NCBI GenBank assembly: GCA_964106915.2
Contig: OZ066915.1
Source: Podarcis gaigeae
Taxonomy: Eukaryota
Reading direction: 5' to 3' (one strand)
Length of the DNA: 64,000 nucleotides
Shown: piece by piece, positions 60,844-64,000 of the stretch
Position numbering within the stretch: the stretch's first letter is position 1
How the letters are laid out: every line of letters begins with the position of its first letter
The notes under the pieces: model-generated
Database searches by the model: none
Told to the model about the DNA's origin: nothing
The model's input: only the letters and a program-made list of their open reading frames with translations
Position numbers and translations under genes: made by a program

Positions 60844-61429
60844 CGGGACAATACCATAAATGAGCAATTTCCTGACACTGACGTTCGATGAGGGGAAAGC
60901 TTCACCTGTTGGATTTTATTTTATTTTTATTGCCGACGCTGCCCGTGTTAGAGAAGCAGGAGCTCTGCCAGAACAATAGTGGCAGCCATAGAATAATGTG
61001 CTTCCTTGCTTATATCCCTTTTCACTACTGAACATGCTGTTCCAGTTCCTGCTGTGCTTTCTGTGCAAAGCCAGAAGCACCAGAAATAGTCTCTTCCATG
61101 GAACCATGGGAAGAGGGGTGGACTCCACTACCTGCCTGCAGACTTTGTGATTCCACGTGGATAAGCAATGCAGCCTATGCCTTAGAGCAGGCATGTCCCA
61201 CAGGTAGACCGTGAAGAGAGGCCTGAAGAGGAACCCCAGGACTGAGGTCCACCATCCCTGCTATATAAAAAGTAGTGATGATAACGCAAAGGCAACATAA
61301 GACATATAGATAACAAAAATAGTGGGTAGAGGTGATGTCAAATCTCTGCCCAGCCTTTTATCTTGGTGGGTGACCCTTGGGCAAGTCATGATCCCTCAGC
61401 CTAACCTGCCTTTCTGGGTTACTGTGAAG

Positions 61430-61576
61430 CAGTGGCGTAGTGTGGGTTGTCAGCACCCGGGGCAAGGCAAGTAATTTGCACCCCCTAACCCGTGGATTTG
61501 CGCCCCCTAACCCTAACCCCCAGATGTTGCAGCCGGTGCGGCCGGCCCCCCCTGCACCGCCCACGCTACGCCACTG
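61430..61576. mobile_element. hAT (Tip100-like) MITE, 147 bp, nested in a MIR-like SINE remnant
   Basis: TIR CAGTGGCGTAG(T/C)GTGGG at both ends; exact 8-bp TSD CTGTGAAG; flanks rejoin as GTGACC(C)TTGGGCAAGTCA..CAGCCTAACC..GTGAAGATAAAAT. Confidence 0.9.
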
Positions 61577-62899
61577 CTGTGAAGATAAAATCAACCCTAC
61601 ACTACCCTTCGTTCCTTGGAGAAAGGGAAGCATGAAAATGCAGTGTAACAATCCCAGTAACAGAGCAAGTACACTGACAGGAATGCATAGACATGTGGAC
61701 AGGGGCACTAAGTGACCCTATAAAATCATACTTGCTGACTTTGGTTCCATGCTAACAAACACACTTGCCATGCATATTGCCAGCTGCAGAAATAGATGAG
61801 TAGAAGGGGGGGGGTCACCCAGCCATACAAATGTGCAAATCAGGACAAACTTACGGAATGCTTGACATAAGTATGTGTATCACTTTGCCACTGCATGGCC
61901 AGGTACATACATACACATGGATTCATATGTGTGTCTGAAACACACAGAGATAAGCACACACTGTAGCTCTCACCATGTAAAAGAGCATTTTAAACACATG
62001 GGAGTCATTGAAAGATCTCTCTCCATCTGCAGAAACCAGCGCCTCGGGGACCTGACCTGCTATTTCCTCCTCCAGCTGTTTGTTGTTTTGTTTCCTTTCC
62101 TCTCCCCCCCCCCATTTAGAGAAGTCTGCTTTAATAAGTGCATCACTAACCTTTCAAAGCACAGTAAGGACAAAGGCAGCCAAGCTGTGCCAAGGATCAG
62201 GACCACTTCTTGGCATCTGCGGATAAGCTGCTCTTTTGCTGTGATTACTTAAGAGCAGTTATGCTAGAAAACAATGAGTCCAGTAGCCTCTTGTTCTAGT
62301 TGGCCCGGAGAATACAACCAACTTATTCTAAAAGCGGAGCTTATTACCAATTTTCTTTTTTTTCCTTTTTGTGGACTTACAGGTGTTGACAGCCTGTAAA
62401 GTGCAGGCTTTGTCCACCATTCTTATGGGATGTTATCCTTTTGTGGATGTCCTGCAGAGAAGACAATTATTCTTAAGTAATTCCCTGATGGCAGATAACA
62501 GAATTCCGGCTTTTTAGAAGCTTAAAGGATTGAAGGCCATTTCACACTTTGCATAGAAAGCATGTTTCCCCATGTGCCCACCATGTGTCTTGCAGTCATG
62601 TATGAAAGTTAAGATATGCCTCTGTAAACATATAGGGATACCGCGCGGGGGTTCTGCTGTGGTTGCCTGTGCTCTCCAAGATATATCTAGTGCATCATTG
62701 CAAGCCTCTTCAGGAATAATGGTGATCACAGCATGGATATGAGGTGGCAACATGGGACACATATTTGGCTGGGTGCAAAGTAGCTTGTAGCTGTTACCTT
62801 GTGTCTTGTTTGTATCATAATGAGATTTGCCACATCAAGCCGTCCTGCGTAGTCTTAACTATTTCTGAATGGCCAGTAGTAGTAGTAGTAGTAGTAGTA

Positions 62900-63141
62900 C
62901 AGTGGTACCTCGGGTTAAGTACTTAATTTGTTCCGGAGGTCCGTACTTAACCTGAAACTGTTCTTAACCTGAAGCACCACTTTAGCTAATGGGGCCTCCT
63001 GCTGCCGCCGCGCCGCCAGAGCACAATTTCTTTTCTCATCCTGAAGCAAAGTTCTTAACCCAAGGTACTATTTCTGGGTTAGCGGAGTCTGTAACCTGAA
63101 GCGTATGTAACCTGAAGCGTATGTAACCCGAGGTACCACTG
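62900..63141. mobile_element. Tc1/mariner Tigger-like MITE, 242 bp
   Basis: TA|CAGTGGTACCTCGGGTTA ... TAACCCGAGGTACCACTG|TA; internal TAACCTGAAG repeats; inserted at the end of a (GTA)n tract. Confidence 0.92.
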
Positions 63142-64000
63142 TAGTATTAATCATTTTCAGTATACAAATCTAGTTGCCAATGGCATATATAATGTCCAGT
63201 TTTTCCCTTAATCCCCAGAAGTATTAAACATTCTAAGAGCTGACCCTATGTATGTTTACTCACATGTAAGTCCCACAGAGGTCAACATGGCATCCTTCTG
63301 ACTGAGTGTATGTAGGAATCCAGCCATATATGCCCACGTAGCCTCAACCTACAACCTTTTATTTCTGAATAGTCCTATTAAAGTTAGTACAACTTCTTAG
63401 GTATATTGTGGATTGCACTCTGACCCTGAGTTTCTCTGCCACAGTAAATAAATGCTTGATTGGAGGTGGATGGGCGGGGGACACAGTGAAGCCTGGTTTG
63501 CTTTAGCCTTGCAGAGCAACATAGATTGACAGCACAATGCCAGAGTATCATGTCCTTTATTTTCTGCCCCTGCAGCGGTTGAAAGACTGCATGTCACAGC
63601 AGAAGGTTACAGTGCTCCTGACTTTACTGGGCGACCTACAGTGAAGACCAGCTCAAACCAAGCTTTTTGCAGGACAGAGTGTTGTGTGAGGCACCTCAAA
63701 TATTGTACCAAAGAACTAATGTAGGTTGTATGAGAAGAAAACAGTGGGGGATGTGTGTATTCAACTAACTTTGTACCTAAGTTAGTCATGGCGAGGAATT
63801 TCAGTGGGTTTACTCTGAGTTAGTTGAATAACACCATCTATTTATTTTTAAACAGGAGAGGGAGCAAATACCAAAAAGAAAAAGGTAAACATTACAAATC
63901 AAAGGCAAAAAACCGCACACAAATATTGTTCAATTATCAGCTTGTAAAATGTTGAGTTCTGGCTTTGTATAAATGGATACAGTGTCATCATTTACAAATT

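Noticed and set aside
59316-60867. Many long overlapping ORFs (188-218 aa) around the promoter
   Set aside because: Low-complexity Arg/Gly/Ala/Pro frames expected from a stop-poor CpG island; the real coding signal is the 58-nt exon 1.

Overview
Vertebrate genomic DNA, almost certainly from a squamate and probably a lacertid lizard (Sauria-type SINE, BovB tail, young L2 LINEs, hAT/Harbinger/Tigger MITEs). The window holds the 5' half of FLT4 (VEGFR3) on the minus strand: a CpG-island promoter (~59.6-60.7 kb), ATG at 60008 and coding exons 1-11. These exons total 1596 nt (532 codons: signal peptide, Ig domains 1-4 and most of Ig5), all with GT-AG boundaries and consistent phases; exon 12 onward lies left of position 1. 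The rest is intron or upstream sequence rich in transposon remnants, including several nested insertions with exact target-site duplications (TSDs). Top observations: (1) a Harbinger-type MITE just upstream of exon 2 whose inverted repeats encode branch point + acceptor inward and a consensus donor outward, making a bidirectional poison-exon cassette, with a BovB fragment that duplicated its donor; (2) five tandem in-frame NAG acceptors at exon 11, at the Ig5 processing loop, that would toggle an N-glycosylation sequon; (3) a FOX:ETS/RBPJ/SOX motif cluster in intron 11 resembling an endothelial enhancer. No prokaryote-type systems are present, and most ORFs in the supplied track are spurious.
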